A DNA stretch of 64,000 nucleotides, taken from the NCBI GenBank assembly GCA_013239625.1, contig MU053487.1, forward strand, positions 1,259,058 to 1,323,057. Reading direction: 5' to 3'. Positions 12,936 through 25,185 of the stretch are shown piece by piece. Positions within the stretch are counted from its first letter, which is position 1; every line of letters begins with the position of its first letter. The position numbers and the translations under genes were made by a program. The stretch is from Lama guanicoe. Lineage: Eukaryota. The notes beneath the pieces are model-generated. The model was given only the letters and a program-made list of their open reading frames with translations, was not told the origin of the DNA and made no database searches.

Positions 12936-13809
12936 AAGGGTAAAAGAAAAGAGTTGGAGAAAAACAAAACAACCAACAACAAAACAAAAGGAAGAAAGAA
13001 CGTACCCTGACATCAAAACCTACAAGTCCTCTCACTTTCATTGTTGTTCATAAAAATCTTCTTTTCCACATTTGCTGGAGGTTTTAGAAGTTAACTGATT
13101 CTCTGATTCCTTTATAATTATCAACGTTTCCCCCACTACAAACCAAATGTAGCAATGCTCCTGCTTACTTTACCAGCATTTCTGAGGTAGGGGTGGATAC
13201 CATTTTTAGTTCTCCATTGCACTAAACTAAATATCATTGGTATACAACTTTTCTCTCATCATCTTCTTTATGACTGCATTAGTCTGTAATACCAACCAGT
13301 CTTTTGTGGGGAGGATTGTTTTGGATTAATCATCTTTATAATTATTCTTCATCTATTCCTATTTCTAGCAGAATATAGGGACTTCTCAGCAGGGCTGGAT
13401 GGTTTGCACGCTATTTTTGAATTGGTAGCCTTGAGAGCAAGTTTTCTTAGGTGAGCTTACTGCTGATTACTTCCTCCAACTTGATTGTCAGTGGAGAGAA
13501 GATTTATGACACACTATTCTGTGTGCATCAATTTTATGTCTTACAAAGCAAGTATGTTTGAGATTTTCCCGTCCCCAAGCCTAGACCAGAATAATGCACT
13601 CCCCACTAGAAGGTTTGACTTTACAGTTGAGGAACTAGAGTATCCATGTGACTCACTGGTATCCTTCTTATTTAATGCCTAGCCATCCTTTTTGTTTTGT
13701 TTTTGTTTTTTCCTCAGTGTTTGATAAGGTGCAGTGAAGACTGGCCCATTCCTTAATCTGGTTTCTCCTGCTATAATTTGCAAAAAGTCACTGAAATATT
13801 AGACTGTGA

Positions 13810-14050
13810 ATAATAATGATGATAAAATTAAAATAATAACTAGCAGTGAATTGTTGCTATGTTTGAGACTTTGTTCTCAACATGCACAACCATATTAATT
13901 CTTACAACAATTTGGCATAGTAATATGATGATCTTGATTTTACAAATGAAAAATCTGAGGCTTAGAGAAATCAGGTGTATTTGTCTTGTTCTAGGCTTCA
14001 CACCTAATAAATTATGTTACTTAACATAACATCATCCACTTTCTCCCAGC
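13810..14050 (-). mobile_element. MIR SINE
   Basis: ATTTTACAAATGAAAAATCTGAGGCTTAGAGAAAT is reverse MIR core. Confidence 0.65.
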
Positions 14051-16599
14051 ATGAATGAACACAAAGACACAGACACATACTTCAGCTGGGATTGGCAAAG
14101 AATGCAGTAACATGCAAGGCTTTGATGACTATATTAAAATGAAAGTCTACAGACTCCCTAACAAAAGTATTTACTAGATAAATATATTATAATAGGTGTA
14201 TATATTTCAGAAAGCAAGATAGCCTTCTAAAGAATAATTTAAATGCACATATGCTTATAAATTCTGCTCATTAAAATTACTCTTAGCTAATACCGATTAG
14301 AGCTAATGTTGATTAAAAGAATCCTGGTTTGTATAGACTTTGTCTCTTTTGACATTACAATTGTTACCTGGAATTAATAAACAGTATTTCAAAAATATCC
14401 CTAATTCACTCGATTACTGCATATATATTTATTTGGATGACTTTTCACATTTAAAGTGATATATAAATAAATATGTATGTTAATAATAGTAACCTCCTAT
14501 TATAAACAGCAATCATTGACATAATCTCAGGTATTTATGATTGTATATAACAGTTTTCTCTCTGTAAAATAAGGTAACCATCTTTCATTATAAATAAATT
14601 CTACCATCCTAAGTTTCATTTTTCTTCTAGGGGAAAACTAGTATATAACATATGTCTTCTGGGGCAAAATTCTTATTTCTAGATGACTAAATAACCTTTA
14701 ATATTTTGGCATTTCCATCTAGCTAGTTATTACACCTTATGATCTAATTAGCATTTGGTATTTGATATCTCCAGTGACTAACAAGACCATCTAAATTAAA
14801 GCATTTCAAATTCTAATGTCTTGTTAGAGAATTCTATTAAAGTGGAAGAGAAACAGTGGCTTCCTCCATTCCTCACAGTTTACCTTCAGGTTGATTGGTT
14901 AATGTTTAATTCTCCAATGAAAACTTAATGATCTTGGAATGTCATGTATTACAAAGTCCCAGGATGCTCCTTGCTGTGTCTCATCTTGGAAATGAATTCT
15001 TTGAGGACTTTAAGCATCTGAAAATTTCAGCCTTAATTGTTAGGAACATTTTTTTAAAACTTCAAGACAATATCCAACAACCAGTCATTTTTAAGAAATA
15101 TTTTTAAACCTCCATTATATAGAAAGCAATATAAAATTCCTTAATTATTGTGGCCTTTCAAAACTATAATTCTTTGAAAATAATTGTATGTAGTATTTTT
15201 TTTCCGAGATTCATTGTGAGTCACACACATTGTGAAATATGGAATAAAGTTTAATTTGTTACCTTTTGCTCCTAGGTTTAATAAATACAGATTTTTTAAA
15301 AATTGGTACAAAACCCTGTTGCAGTGGAGCATACCCAGGAAGAGAAAGCAAAGAACTTTAAATAATGTACTAGGTATCTACATATTTAGTTACACTATAT
15401 GCTATCTCTCACACACACACACAGACACGCACGTGCATGCACACATGTGCACACAAATAGCCCCAAGAGAAAGTAAGCAGTCACTAGAAACAGATTGTTT
15501 TTTAAATTATTAAGTCTTTTGAAATTCAATTTAGATCATAAACTTACCCCAGTCATCTATGTAGATCTTGCCACAACTTCTCCTTTTGAAATATCCCCAA
15601 CTTTCTTCAATCCATACTCAGAAAACCCACAACTACTAAGTACACATGGTAAATAGAACAGTAAGTGTTAGTGGTGAAAAGAAAGGGAAACTGGGAGTAT
15701 CTGGATTTGAAAAAACTCCCTGCCTGCCCTCAGCAGTTTAACGTCTGTTGGGAAAGGATGCAGAGAAAAATGGTTAGCACATAAATGGGCATTGAAGAAA
15801 TCAGTGAGGAAACTTTCTCTCCAAAAGGATTACTAATTAATAGTGTAGCCCCAATTCCTTCAGCCACAGGGGAATTGACATTGCAGAACAGAAAATGTTT
15901 ATTAGAAAATTTCCCATTAAAGGAACACTGGGTTTGACAGTCACTTTTTTAAGGAACAATGAATTTGAAAGTTATTTTCTTCCCTGCAAAAGGGTAGTCA
16001 TTCCACAATGTCCAGTAAGGTATGCTTTGGGAATTCACAAGTGACCAAATCAGGATGTTTACATAATTAGGTAAATGTAACCACCATCTTTTGCAGGAGT
16101 ATGTGTAGTGACAAATATGATGAGAAATACTACATCCCATAAACATTCCTTGTGAAGATTCTCATTTTTCTTTGAGTAATTGTGCCCTAAGATATTTTTA
16201 TGCAATTAGCATAAAAGCTATGACTGAAGGAACTTTCAAAATTTATTTTTAATCAGCATTGGTCAGCATGAAACAAGAACTAGCTGTACACACAGAGGGA
16301 TCAGAGAATATTATTGAGTCATGGCAAAAGCAAAAGGCAAGAACTGAAACTTATCCTTTAGAAACCCTTGGCTAACTCCACAATAAACTGGGAAGATTAA
16401 CAATTAATTCTAGAATCATTCTATAGTTACAGCTCTTGCATTTATAATTGTATATCTGCTTATGTTTAAATTAACAGTCAAGTTATATTAATATAAATAA
16501 TTTATTAAATGAGTGATGTTTATTTAGTCATGTCCTACTTTTATTCATTTCTCAAATAATTCATGTGTAAGTAAAATAGAAAGGTTAAATCATACCAAA

Positions 16600-16845
16600 A
16601 ACCAGGGGCTCTGCAGTGCAAAACATCTGGATTCAAATTACATCTCCACCAATTACCAACTGTGTGATTTGGGGAAAGTCTCTTTGTCTCTTTCTAACTC
16701 AGTTTTCTCAACTGTAAAGTAGAGACAATAACAGTATCAACAATATATGTTTTTGCAAAAATTAAATATGATAATCCATGTGTTGTACTTGCCAAGAGTC
16801 TAGTATGAGTAAGCACTGACTAAATGTTAGCTATTATGATTACTG
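16600..16845 (+). mobile_element. MIR SINE, near full length
   Basis: CTGGATTCAAAT...CTCAGTTTTCTCAACTGTAAAGT...TAAGCACTGACTAAATGTTAGCTATTAT. Confidence 0.8.
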
Positions 16846-17369
16846 ATAGGATTTGTCTTATTTGCAAATACAGTATAAATTGGAAAACACGTAAGTCATG
16901 TGATCTTGTTAACATTATTAGACAAGAGAGTCAGCTTTCCTTAGAGTGAAAGGAGCAGGTAATTTTGCTTCCACAATTCTGCCTGAGTTCCTATACCATC
17001 TGTTAAAAAGTCATAAAAACAATAAAAAAAATTCCCAAGAAGACATATACAAAGACTAAGTGAAAAAAGCGACTAAATTGTTAGGAAATCAAAGGAAATA
17101 AAAAAGCAGATAAGGTGTTGGTGAAAAAAAGGGAAGACTGTATAGAAGATAAAGCATTTTAACAAAACTTTTAAGGAAAAAGAAAATTTAGATCCAAGGA
17201 AATGGAGAAGAGTAACCAGACAAGAATCAACGAAGGTCTCACAATTGGAACATGTCAGAGACACATCCTTCATCTCGTTCTTTCAGTCTCCCTGGAATGA
17301 GTAAAGGACATGTGTATGACAAGGCTGGAGCACTTCATGAGGAATCTTGAACGTAGGCTCATGGTTGAT

Positions 17370-17795
17370 TCTGTTGTTCAACCACATCTATTCTCCTCTT
17401 ACATAGTAACAGAATTTTATGTTTCATATGGAGGTGACCTAGTGAAAGACTCTATTTCCTCATTTCCTTTGGAGTTAGTAGCAGTCATGAACTAAGTTCC
17501 AACTAGTGCAGTGGAAGTTGATATAATATGGATAACTTCTTTGTTGTACCGGTCAAAGAAACAAATGTGACCTTTCCCCTCCCCTTGTTCTTCCTGCTGG
17601 CTGGAATGCAGCCATTATCATGTTGGACCATGACATGGAAGCTATGTGTTTAAGAAAATAGGACAAATTGGGGTTCCTAAAGGTTACAGAGTCACTATGC
17701 CAGCCTTGGATGACGAATCTGGATGTTCCAGATGTTAGAGAAATAAATGTCTATCCTGATTAAACTATTATTATTTTGTAAGTCTCTATTACAAC
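17370..17795 (+). mobile_element. MaLR LTR (old MLT1)
   Basis: CTTCCTGCTGGCTGGAATGCAGCC...GACCATGA...AGAGAAATAAATGTCTATCCTGATTAAAC motifs. Confidence 0.65.
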
Positions 17796-17992
17796 AGAAA
17801 AAAAAAACCTCTTCATTTTAATGAATACATTTTGTGTTAGGGAACTTAAAAGAAGTGGCCATTTTCATGAAAGTTTAACCAGATGCTCTATGACAAATTT
17901 TAACAGTGCCTCAAATATAGATAGCATTCAAAATGTTACCTTAACATATTACAATTTATTCACAAAATACATTTTCTGAAAGTTAAATTCTA

Positions 17993-18385
17993 TGTCATGA
18001 ACATTGCACATGTCCATCACTATCTGGACTCTCTTTTCCTGGGCAGTTGGCAGGTCCTGCTCTTCCCATCCAGTGAGGCATGGCCAGATGACCACACTGG
18101 CCAATGGAATATGAGTAGCAGATGTTAGTGTTAGGATGAGGTGCATAGAAGCTGATGTGCAATTCTCTCTTTCGTGGCCTCCATCACTGTCTCCATTCCA
18201 AATAGTGGTACCTCTGTCAGCCTAGTCCCTGAGACTGAATCAGCCCCACTCTCCTCCTATCCCTGGCCGTGGACATAGCACACATAAGGGACTGAAGGGA
18301 GAAATAAGTCTTCATTGTTTAAGTCACCAAGAACTAGGAGTTGCCAGTAACCTCAGCATAACCTAGAGCCTCCTGACTTAGCCAG
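17993..18385 (+). mobile_element. MaLR LTR (old MLT1)
   Basis: GGCCAATGGAATATGAGTAGCAGATG...GAGAAATAAGTCTTCATTGTTTAAGTCACC...CAGCATAACCTAG. Confidence 0.7.
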
Positions 18386-19084
18386 TGGGGGAATTCAAAT
18401 TACACTGCCTGTGAATTAGAGGGGACAGGGCTTCTGCTGACAATCTTTTACTCTCCCCCTGTACACTTGTTCCTTGTTCTCCTCTTTTAGACCAAAGAAA
18501 TGAGGTTAAGATTTCCAGTGATTTCACTATAATCAGAGGGCAAATAGGAAAGCCAAACTTGTTTTCTGAATCAAAACCCCGGGCACGACTAATAGCAATT
18601 GTACTCAGTTTTCATTGTAGCAAAATAACTTTATCCCCCACTACGTCAGACTTAAATGAATGTTGAGCAGAAATGGGCACAGAACTAATGTAATTTTTCA
18701 TAAGGCAAGATATTCTAAAATGTATTTTAAAACATTTTTTATATATTATTTTATTCCATTTAGGAATTTAATCCTTCCATTAACTAGGCTTTTCTTCTGC
18801 TTTCTGGTATAAACTAGTTATGTCAGGTTATTTAAGGTTAACTCAGCCAAATTATCAAAACAGTTTTCCTTCCATATTTTGCAGGAGCTATTGTTTCAAA
18901 TTCAGACTGACTGAATCCAAAATGAATGTAATCAGAAATCATGACTGAAACAATAGGCTGGTTGTTTGTTTGTTTTTTGGTGTCCTCTTATTTTGTTGGG
19001 CCAAAAATAATACAAACTACCAAAGAAAATGATGGTACACAGGTGTTGTTATTGCGTTTACAGCCCAGTGTGGCTCTTAAGGTG

Positions 19085-19098
19085 GTTGCTATAGCAAC
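19085..19098. promoter_or_regulatory. Perfect palindromic RFX X-box GTTGCTATAGCAAC
   Basis: 14-bp perfect palindrome matching the RFX consensus GTTGC(C/T)AT(G/A)GCAAC, in non-repeat sequence; binding not shown. Confidence 0.6.
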
Positions 19099-19178
19099 AT
19101 AATCGTTTACAGAGTATAATCCCATTAGGAGAAACTAGTGATAAAGTAAGCTCATTATATCAGACCTTATATTGCTTC

Positions 19179-19188
19179 ACTTCCGGTT
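19179..19188 (-). promoter_or_regulatory. ETS motif (ACCGGAAGT) with retained CpG
   Basis: ACTTCCGGTT on + strand, 80 bp from the X-box. Confidence 0.4.
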
Positions 19189-19644
19189 GCGTCTGCTTTA
19201 TGGCAAACTGCATTAGTAGAGCTATTAAATAAAAAATCACAAGAATGTTGCACTTAGTCATAAAATATTTTTGGACAGAGGAAATGGGGATTTTGTTAAT
19301 TACTGCAGGTGAACTTTTTAATGTTATAAAACTTTGCAAACAAATGCAAATTATTTAGGTTTAAAAGACTAATTACTAAAGTAGTGAAATGCAGTATACA
19401 CATACAATAACTATATAATAGTATATGAAATATATACATGTATAATAAATAAATAATATTACGTATTTCACTACTTTAACATTTCCATCTTTCCTCCTAC
19501 AACGTACTCTTAGGATCACATCTTTGGATATATAGGCCAACAGTTCAGTTATATACAAGGCTACTGGGATCCAGATAAGATCTATGACTAGCCCAAGACG
19601 TCAGTGAATTGACTAGCCAAAATTTTAAAAAGGACATGCTTTAC

Positions 19645-20010
19645 TCACTGTGTTAGTTTCAGGTGTACAGCAAAGTGATTCAATTATACCTATCCATACA
19701 TACGTATATATCTTTTTCGGATTCTTTTCCATTATGGTTATTACAAGATCTTGAATATAGTTCCCTGTGATTTGTGGCAAGACCTTGTTGTTTATCTATT
19801 TTATATATAGTTGTTTGTATCTGTTAATCCCATCCTCCTAATTTATCCCTCCCTTACACCCATTTCTCCTTTGGTTATAGCAGTGTGTTTTCTATGTCTA
19901 TGAGGCTATTTCTGGCTTGTAAATAAGTTCACTTGTATCAATTTTTAGATTCCACATGTATTTGAGATCATATATTTGTCTTTGACTTAATTCATTTAAT
20001 ATGGTAATTT
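19645..20010 (-). mobile_element. L1 3' UTR fragment
   Basis: TGTGTTAGTTTCAGGTGTACAGCAAAGTGATTC...GTAAATAAGTTCACTTGTATC; same family style as the copies at 7943 and 23086. Confidence 0.85.
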
Positions 20011-20407
20011 TCATATTGCTGGTTTTCAACTTTTAAAGACAAAATCGAGATAAACACTGAAATGTAAAGTAGAAGTATAGTTCGGAAAATAAATATTGTA
20101 AACTCCTCAGTGGTGGGCATACTGGTACATCTAAAAGAGCTCAGGCATCAGAAGGAAGAAAATCAATGAAAGCGTCCAGGAATGCTAAATGACTTATCTT
20201 TTGTAAAGAAGGAATCAATTACACTGTCTAAAAGGTTAATGGATTTAAAAATAAATAAATATGACCAATAGATGTACAAAAGTAAAATTAAAATGAAACC
20301 TGGAGACAGTTAAGGGGAAGACCAGGGGAAGTGATCAAAATTCCTCATCTTACAGCAGGGAGCAAAGAAGTAGATCTTAAATTTCAGACCGTTAAGACGT
20401 AGTAGTG

Positions 20408-20959
20408 TCCAGAAGGAAATCTACTTCAGGATAACACCTGCACTCCAATGTTCATAGCAGCACTATTTACAATAGCCAAGACATGGAAACAGCCTAAATG
20501 TCCATCAATAGGTGACTGGATAAAGAAGATGTGGTATATTTATACAATGGAATACTACTCAGCCATAAAAACCGACAACATAACGCCATTTGCAGCAACA
20601 TGGATGCTCCTAGAGAATGTCATTGTAAGTGAAGTAAGCCAGAAAGAGAAAGAAAAATACCATATGAGATTGCTCATATGTGGAATCTAAAGACTCATGG
20701 ACAGAGAATACAGACTTGTGGTTAGCAGGGGGGTAGAGGGTGGGAAGGGATAGACTGGGATTTCAAAATTGTAGAATAGATAAACAAGATTACACTGTAT
20801 AGCACAGGGAAATACACACAAAATGTTATGATAAATCACAGAGAAAAAAATGTGACAATGAGTGTGTATATGTCCATGAATGACTGAAAAATGGTGCTGA
20901 ACACTGGAATTTGACACAACATTGTAAAATGATTATAAATCAATAAAAAATGTTAAAAA
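20408..20959 (+). mobile_element. Young 5'-truncated L1 (ORF2 C-terminus + 3' UTR + A tail)
   Basis: ORF 20448-20690 MFIAALFTIAKTWKQPKCPS..WIKKMWYIYTMEYYSAIK is the L1 ORF2 C-terminus; perfect 14-bp TSD AAGACGTAGTAGTG at 20394-20407 and 20960-20973; TT|AAGA target site. Confidence 0.95.
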
Positions 20960-21599
20960 AAGACGTAGTAGTGAATAAGAATATGTAGCAAATCACCAAA
21001 AGAATAAAAACAGAAATTCTAAAAATTAATTGCCTCCAAGGGTAGGCTAAGGAGAGAGGATTTTTAACTTCATACTCATCTGTACTTGCTTAACAATTCT
21101 ATACAGACTTAACTTTAATTAAAAAAAAACCTGTTTACCCACTGGCAGATTTGGGTCATTTAAGGTAAATGTATTCTTACTTCCTTTTTGTCTGCCCTAC
21201 TGAAGTATTTTCCTAATTACCCAGCAGTCTCAACAGACTGTTTGGGTTTGTTTGTTGTTTCCTTTCGTTTTAACATCCTGTATAGGTTTATCAACCTTTA
21301 CCTGGGGGTGAACTCTGTCAGCTCATGCTCTTTTCCTCTGCCGAGTGAGCTGCTGTTCTCCAGTTTTGCACAGACAAAATTCTAGGGAATGGGGCCTTGG
21401 AAAGTATTAGCAAACCTAGCAGAACCCCTCTGAGCTCTGCTGAGATTCAGGAAGATACTTCAGGGCAAAGGGACACTTCTGTCACCTGATCAGAAATAAC
21501 AGAACAATGGCTAACAATCACTGGATAATAGAAAACATAAATCACCACCAAAGTGAATCAGACTAGAACAGCAACAGTTTTCAGAGGAACCAGCACAAC

Positions 21600-21815
21600 A
21601 GTTATGATTATAGCTATCATTTATTGAGCCCCTGTGCTTGAGAGGGAAAGTACTGGGTGATTTTCATACAGTGTATCTCACACACACCCCACATTTTAGT
21701 TTTACAGACTCTGTAAATAATGTTTTGAAATTTGAATTTTACAAAAAAATCAATTTGAAACTCAGACTATGTGACTTTCTCAAGGGCACAAAACTAATGA
21801 ATTCCAGGTCTGCCT
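21600..21815 (-). mobile_element. MIR SINE
   Basis: ATAGCTATCATTTATTGAGCCC...GAAACTCAGACTATGTGACTTTCTCAAGGGCACA. Confidence 0.6.
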
Positions 21816-21899
21816 GTCTCTTGTTAGAAGTATTTAAAGGGAGAAAGAATTGAAAAGACATGGGGCATCTGGACTGATAAGGAGAAATATCATCACTCA

Positions 21900-22330
21900 C
21901 TCATATTATACTTCACAAAAACCCCTCACTGACTTCACTTTTCTTCCCACCCTACATCAGTAAGTCCTTGAATTCCACCTCCATCATGTAGCTAAGATGC
22001 TGCTACATGTCACATCACCAGTGCCAGTGCCCTAGGACAGTTGCCATTGCTTTCCTCCCCAACAACAACCCCTACCTCAGGGTCCCTGCCTCCTCTCCCA
22101 CCCACTCCTATAGAGGATCCAGATTAAACTTTTAATTACGCGAATCAGATCAAATCATTCCTTTGCTTAAAATGGTTCAAGGCTTTCATTCTGCACTCAG
22201 AGTAGAATCTTGCATTTTACCATGATTTGCAACCTCTATGTGATTAAGGACGTTTGTGCCATCCTCTTCCTTGCTCACAAATGACAAATCCACACTAGCC
22301 TTCACATGTTACCTTGAAAAGGTTTAGATA
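21900..22330 (+). mobile_element. L2 LINE fragment
   Basis: GAATCAGATCAAATCATTCCTTTGCTTAAAATGGTTCAAGGCTTTCATT resembles L2. Confidence 0.65.
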
Positions 22331-23085
22331 TCCTTGTATGGGGTTTTTGTAGTTGTGGATTTCAGTGTGCAACGGGAAGCGCCAGACAAAGGCAACTGCA
22401 CGATGGAGATCCAATGGCATGAAGAAAGCTGGCTGACCTTTACTTAACTCTGGAAAGCTCGCTTTGAACCGAAAGAGGCTTTGCATTCTCACCCCAGGCT
22501 GCTTTCCATCAAGCAGTTCGGTAGAGGATATAGAATACTCTTTAGCTAAAATCAGGGCTTCTGGTAACTCATTGTAAGGCAAGTTTAAATCGTTCCCTAT
22601 CCCTGCATTCATCATGTTCCTACCAATGTGACAACATATCCATCCCAGAGCTAACTCTAGCGACCTCCTGGAAGGGTGTTGTTTTCTTATTTCTGGGAAT
22701 TTTTAGATTGCAAGTAAACCAGAAACTAAAATTGAGTGCATCCAATTCACGTTTTTATGTTAACCAAGTACCCTAGTAATTTGGATCATGAGCTGTGTAG
22801 GAAATGAAAAGGAAGTTATAGCCAAAGGGGTCCTCCGAAAAACATCTTTCCAAAAGATAAGTTTTAAGCCATACTCACATGGGTTTTGACCATTTTCTCA
22901 TAGCATGTCAGGACTGCACAGGGTCCTTAATTAACCTTTTAACTCCTTTTGATTTGCTTACTCTTACAATATACCTGAATTTCTCCCTTATCAAAAGAGT
23001 CTTTCAAAAGAATTTTCTTTCTATTCAGTTTCTCCAGCATCTCATCTTGAATCACGAATATTAAGATGGTTTAACAAATGTGATT

Positions 23086-23968
23086 TAAAAAAAATTTTTT
23101 TTTATTTAAAAAAAATTTGGGGGGTCATTAATTTTTTTAATTGAAGGGTAGTTGATTTACAATGTGTCAGTTTTAGGTATGCAGGAAAGTGATTGAATTA
23201 TACATATATATATTCTTTTTCAGATTCTTATCCACTATAAATTATAAGATAGTAGATATAATTCCCTATGCTATATAGTAGGTCCTTGTTGGTTATCTAT
23301 TTTATATGTAGTAGCATGTATATATTAATCCCAAACTCCTAATTTAGACCTCCCCTGACCCTTCTCCCCTTTGATAACTAGACGTTTATTTTCTATGTCT
23401 GTGAGTCTACTTCTGTTTTGTAAATAGGTTCATTTACATCATTTTTTTAGATTCCATATATAAGCAGTATCATATATTCATCTTTGTCTGACTTACTTCA
23501 CTTAGTATGATAATCTCTAGGTCCATCCATCAGCTGCAAATGGCATAATTTCAGACTTTTTTTTATGACTGAGTAATAAATATTCCATTGTATATATATA
23601 TACACCACATCTTCTTTATCCAGTCATCTGTTGATGGACATTTAAGCTGCTTCTATGTCTTGGCTATTGTGTATAGTGCTGCTGTGAACACCCGGGTGCA
23701 TGTATCTTTTCCAGTTATAGTTTTCTAAGGATATATGCCCAATGGTGGGATTGCTGGATCATATGGCCACTCGATTTTTAATTTTTTAAGGAAAATGCAT
23801 ACTGTTCTCCATGGTGGCGGCACCAGTTCACATTCCCACCAACAGTATAGGAGGGTTCCCTTTTCTCCACACCCTCTCTAGCATTTGTTATTTTAGACTT
23901 TTTGATGATGGCCCCTCTGACCGGTGTGAGGTGATACCTCATTGTAGTTTTGATTTGCATTTCTCTAA
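23086..23968 (-). mobile_element. 5'-truncated L1 with TSD
   Basis: ORF 23778-23960 [31 protein letters not shown] is L1 ORF2; TSD TAACAAATGTGATT (23072-23085) / TAACAAACGTGATT (23969-23982) differs by one CpG-type transition. Confidence 0.92.
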
Positions 23969-24149
23969 TAACAAACGTGATTGTTTTTAGTGGTTTTAAT
24001 GTAAAAGATTATCTGGCTTTCCAAAGACAATGCAGAAATCATTCCCTAACAATCTGCATTTTTCTGCTGTCAGAAGAACCAGGTCATATACTGGTCATGC
24101 CTTATGTCCTTATAGCTTTATGAGGAGTCTGTCACCTTATCTATCATCT

Positions 24150-24435
24150 GTCTATAACCTTGTAAATCATCTATCAAATTCACTTTTTATCTAAATGTCA
24201 GTCACCACCCCACACTTCAAACCCTCCTAATCTTGTTCTGTTTTTCCCCATAGTGGTTGTCTTTTCAACACTATATAATTCATGTATTCTTTTACTATGT
24301 TTACTGTTTGTCATCCTGTTCTAGAAGGTAAGTTCCACGAGGCCATAAATCTTTGAATGTCTTGTACTCTGATGTGTCCCCAGTGTCTAAAATGCTGCCT
24401 GACACATGGAAAACCCTCAGTGGTATTTGTTAGAA
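24150..24435 (+). mobile_element. L2 3' end
   Basis: CTAGAAGGTAAGTTCCACGAGG...CCCAGTGTCTAAAATGCTGCCTGACACATGG...GTATTTGTT. Confidence 0.75.
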
Positions 24436-25084
24436 ATAATAATAATAATAATGGAAAGTGTGTCAGTCAGGCAGATTTCCAGCCTAGGAAAAGAAGTTTC
24501 TTAAACAACAAGCTATTTTAGAATTCTCTTTTTGTTGTTGTTGATAGAATCCATTTTACTTATTTTTCCCCCATTTTTCCAATTCCACATCCCCTGGCAA
24601 CCACCTATATATATTTCCCTAAATATAAACCAAAGATGAACTTGCACAAGACTCAGATACTTTTCAAGTAATTTTTAAAATCAGTGCTTAAGCTTTAACT
24701 TGAATTGTTCTCACACAGAACTCCCATCTATAACATATTCATCACAGAGCTTCTGGCCACCGCTCCCTCCTGCTGACCTTCCTCCCAGATACTCTCCTAA
24801 TTGCTTATAATGTTCCACTGCAGACCCTGCCCTGTTGAGGAGTGGTAGATTGCACTAAGACCTTGGGCATCCAGGACATGTTTCTCAATATTTTCTCCAG
24901 GGAACACCCAGGGCTTCAGAATTTAAATCACCTTTACTGAAGGTTACCCTCTCCAGACAATGGGCATGATCGGTCTAGCATCTAATTAAATTTGTATCAA
25001 GCTCTCCCTTTCTTCACATGCTCTACACGTTCCATCAAGTCCACCTCTGTGGTGCTCAAAACATGGTCCTTGTTACAATGTCCC

Positions 25085-25185
25085 GCCTAAAATCTAAAAA
25101 TCAGGAAAAGGGGGCGTGGCTCCATGCATTTTACTATGTTGCCCAGGTGATACTTAAGTACAGTATTTCAGAACCAGCCCTATAC
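25085..25185. mobile_element. MER5-like hAT-Charlie fragment
   Basis: GCATTTTACTATGTTGCCCAGGTGATACT...CAGAACCAGCCCTA resembles a MER5 end. Confidence 0.45.

Noticed and set aside
15060..15090. Minus-strand MTGCWIL resembling the myoregulin start (MTGKNWIL)
   Set aside because: Stop codon follows within two codons and there is no transmembrane segment
15540..15650. Minus-strand exon candidate ending GGG|GTAAGT
   Set aside because: Weak acceptor and stops in all frames from the plausible acceptors
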